Part shown: piece by piece, positions 61,501 through 64,000 of the stretch
Layout: each line of letters begins with the position of its first letter
Position numbering within the stretch: the first letter of the stretch is position 1
DNA from: an uncultured Planctomycetota bacterium
GTDB lineage: Bacteria > Planctomycetota > Planctomycetia > Isosphaerales > Isosphaeraceae
Direction of reading: 5' to 3'
DNA: 64,000 nt
Assembly (NCBI GenBank): GCA_963845755.1
Contig: CAWJTV010000041.1
Location: 224,001 to 288,000 of the forward strand
Notes under the pieces: generated by a model
Databases searched by the model: none
What the model was told of the DNA's origin: nothing
The model's input: the letters and a program-made list of their open reading frames with translations, nothing else
Made by a program: the position numbers and the translations under genes

Positions 61501-64000
61501 GGCGGTGCCGGCGGGCTTCCCGGCGGCGGCGGTGGCGGCGGTGGCACATCCAGCAGCTCGACCACGTTCCCCTCCAGTTCCTCTTCCACCACCTCTTACA
61601 CCACGACCCCGCTTTCGGGCTCGGGTTCCCAGGGGAGCGGCGGCAGCAAGGGCGGCGGCGGCAAGGGGGCGGGAATGGCGGCAAGGGCAGTGGCGGCGGG
61701 ATCTACGTCGCCAATGGCACGGTCACGCTGACGAATACGACCGTCAGCGCCAACACCGCCCAGGGCGGCGATGGCGGCGATGGCGGCCTCCCGGGGGCAG
61801 CCGGAGTCGCGGGCAGCGGCGGGACCGGCGGCACCGGTGGCAAGGGGGGCCTGGGTGGCAACGGCGGCGCCGGCCCCGACGGCTCCGGGCCCGGCGCCCT
61901 GGCTCGGGCGGCGGCGCCGGTGGGACCGGTGGCGATGGCGGCGACGGTGGCAAGGGCAGCGCGGGTGGCAAGGGTGGTGGCGGTGGTGCCGGCGGCGCCG
62001 GCGGAGCCGGGGGCAATGGTGCCGGTGGCGGGCTCTATATCGCCAAGGGGAAAGTCACCATCGACAGCGGTGCTTTCCAATCGAATCAGGCGGTGGGCGG
62101 CAAGGGCGGCGATGGCGAGGATGGCGCCGATGGTTTCGATGGCGCCAAGGGTGCCAAAGGCGGCAAGGGCGGTGATGGTGGAAACGGAGGAAGCGGTGCC
62201 GATGGCGGTGACGGCGCGACCGGCGCGACGTCCTCCGGCGGCGGTGGCGGCGGTGGCGGCGGCACGGGCGGCTGGGGCGGCAACGGCGGCAAGGGTGGCG
62301 CCGGCGGTGGCGCCGGGGGTGGCGGCAAGGGTGGTGCGGGCGGGGCCGGCGGCAAGGGTGGCAACGGCCTCGGGGGCGCCATCCTCGTCAACGCGGGCAC
62401 GCTCACGTTCCAGACGAACCTCTCGACCATCACCGGAAATTCGGCCATCGGCGGCGATGGCGGCAAGGCCGGCGGTGGCGGCGATGGCGGCAAGCCTGGA
62501 GATGCCGGCGATGGGGGCGACGGCGGCGACGGCGGCGACGCGAACCATGGCGGCGGCGGTGGCGATGGCGGTTCCGGAGGCTCCGGCTCGATCGCCGGCG
62601 GGCCCGGTGGTGGTGGCGGTGGCGGCGGTGATGGCGGCTGGGGCGGCGATGGGGGCGACGGCGGCAAGGGCGCCAAAGGTGGCGGTGGCGGCGCCGGCGG
62701 CGCCGGCGGTGTAGGTGGGGTCGCGGGCTATGGGACCGGAGGCGGCATCGCCATCCTCGGAGGCACGGTCACCGTCAGCATCAATGTCACGGTCTCGAAC
62801 AACACCGCGATTGGGGGCCTGGGTGGCGAGGGTGGCCAGGGCGGCTCCGGCGAAGACGGTGAGGATGGTGGCGGTGGCGGCGATGGTGGCAAGGGCGGTA
62901 AAGGTGAGGATGGCGGCGATGGCGGCGATGGCGGCACGGGCGGTTCCGGCTCAATCGCCGGTGGTGCCGGTGGCGACGGCGGTTGGGGTGGCGATGGCGG
63001 CAGTGGTGGCGATGGCGGTGTCGGTGGTGACGGCGGCGCCGGTGGCAAGGGCGGCGCCGGCAACGGCGGCGGCGGCGGAAATGCCAGTGGCGGCGGGATC
63101 GCGGTCCTCGCGGGAAGCCTCACGATCTCGACGGGCCATACGCTCTCCTTCCTCAACAACGCGGCGGACGCCGGTGCCGGCGGAATCGGCGACATCGGCG
63201 GCAATGGTGGCAAGGGCGGCGACGGTGGCGATGGCGGCGGCGGTGGCGATGGTGCCGATGGTGGTAAGGGGGCTGATGGCGGGGATGGCGGGGATGGCGG
63301 CGATGCGACCGGGTCACCGCCAAGCTGCTCCACTTACTCCGGCGGGATCGGCGGATCCAGCGGGATCGGCGGTCTGGCCGGGACCGGCGGTGGCGGCGGA
63401 TCGGGCGGCAAGGGTGGCGATGCCGGCAACGGCGGCAATGCCGGCAAGGGCGGCAAGGGCGGCAAGGGCGGTACTGCCAGCGGAGGTGGGCTTTACGTGA
63501 GTGGCGGCAGCGTCACGGTTGCCGCTACGGTGGAAACCAGCCCCACCGGCCCTGTCGGGATCAATACCAACGGCAGCAACCCGGTCGGCCCGGTGTCGGC
63601 AACGCCGGCGCCCGCACCGACACCGCCGAAACCCGTGGGCTTTACGCCGGATCAGATCCGTGCGGCCTATGACCTGCCGCCGATCGTCAACGGCACGCTC
63701 CCGGCCGGCTGGAGCGGCGCGGGTCAGACGATCGCGATCGTCGTGGCGTTTGACGACCCCGGTCTGGCGGGTAACCTCCAGCATTTCGACAGCCAGTTCG
63801 GGCTCCCCGCACCGCCGAGTCTCCAGGTCCTCAACCAGAACGGCGCCGCGGCCCCGCTCCCCGGATCCACGGGGCAGTCCATCAGCACGTGGAATCAAGA
63901 GGAGGACCTCGACGTCGAATGGGTGCACGCGATCGCGCCGGAGGCCCGTATCGTCGTCATCGAAGTCAATTCGGGCAACCTCAGCGACCTGCTCGCTGGG
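46571..64000 (+). CDS. Giant extracellular multidomain protein (3'-truncated, ~6 frameshifts): beta-helix, solenoid repeats, PPC, YD/RHS, Ig-like, dockerin, Gly-rich, S53 peptidase
   Basis: Leader FLEWLEARRLLS; DSGTGSLRAAI; GNVISG beta-helix; PPC DNWTF/DQWTF; YD repeats and RHS core ending DPSG at 57561; DPN..GP.G..YRIDFEN; GDVNGDG twice; S53 motifs at 63637-64000. Frames join near 47898, 49218, 49665, 54139, 57860 and 61673. Confidence 0.8.
50150..51800 (+). repeat. Intragenic tandem repeats of ~430-480 bp
   Basis: gccgacaa...aacctcgcggacatcga recurs at 50345, 50801, 51233 and 51710 (spacings 456, 432 and 477 bp). Confidence 0.9.
61190..63500 (+). repeat. Gly-rich (GGxGGx) low-complexity coding repeat
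   Basis: GGC-GGC-NNN arrays punctuated about seven times by GGxIxxxxGxxT..NxAxGG beta-helix rungs. Confidence 0.9.

Noticed and set aside
61190..63500. Mycobacterial PE-PGRS or collagen gene
   Set aside because: No PE domain; the repeats are GGx rather than GXY and lie in frame within the giant planctomycete protein.

Overview
High-GC bacterial DNA, almost certainly from a planctomycete (Isosphaeraceae-like). This is inferred from a DUF1559 protein, a PEP-CTERM protein, an LExRxLLS leader, ECF sigma factors with a C-terminal extension or a Ser/Thr kinase partner, and the polA-coaE-rho order. Single-base frameshifts occur throughout, including in coaE and rho, so most are probably long-read assembly errors; genes were joined across frames by eye. 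Layout: (1-6 kb) a secreted SdrD-B/PPC protein and a PEP-CTERM gene; (6-31 kb) mostly housekeeping genes (ribH, rho, coaE, polA, citrate synthase, tRNA-Asn, pheA, acyl-CoA synthetase), plus three tandem paralogous membrane-protein genes and several palindromic repeat elements; (31-37 kb) a small protein/retropepsin pair, GH5, DUF1559 and ThuA-discoidin genes; (37.3-41.5 kb) a compositionally distinct, translationally coupled operon of a ~1000-aa Type IIG-like N6-DNA methyltransferase and a ComEC-type MBL hydrolase; (41.8-45.2 kb) an ECF sigma/Ser-Thr kinase-TPR pair; (46.6 kb to end) one giant (>5,800 aa) surface protein with beta-helix, ~150-aa solenoid repeats, PPC, an internal YD/RHS shell, dockerin, Gly-rich and S53 protease domains. 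Best candidates for new biology: the MTase-MBL operon (possible restriction-modification-like defence system), a palindromic heptamer element inserted in frame into a gene, and the giant protein with an internal RHS core. All family assignments are from motif recognition, with no database searches run.
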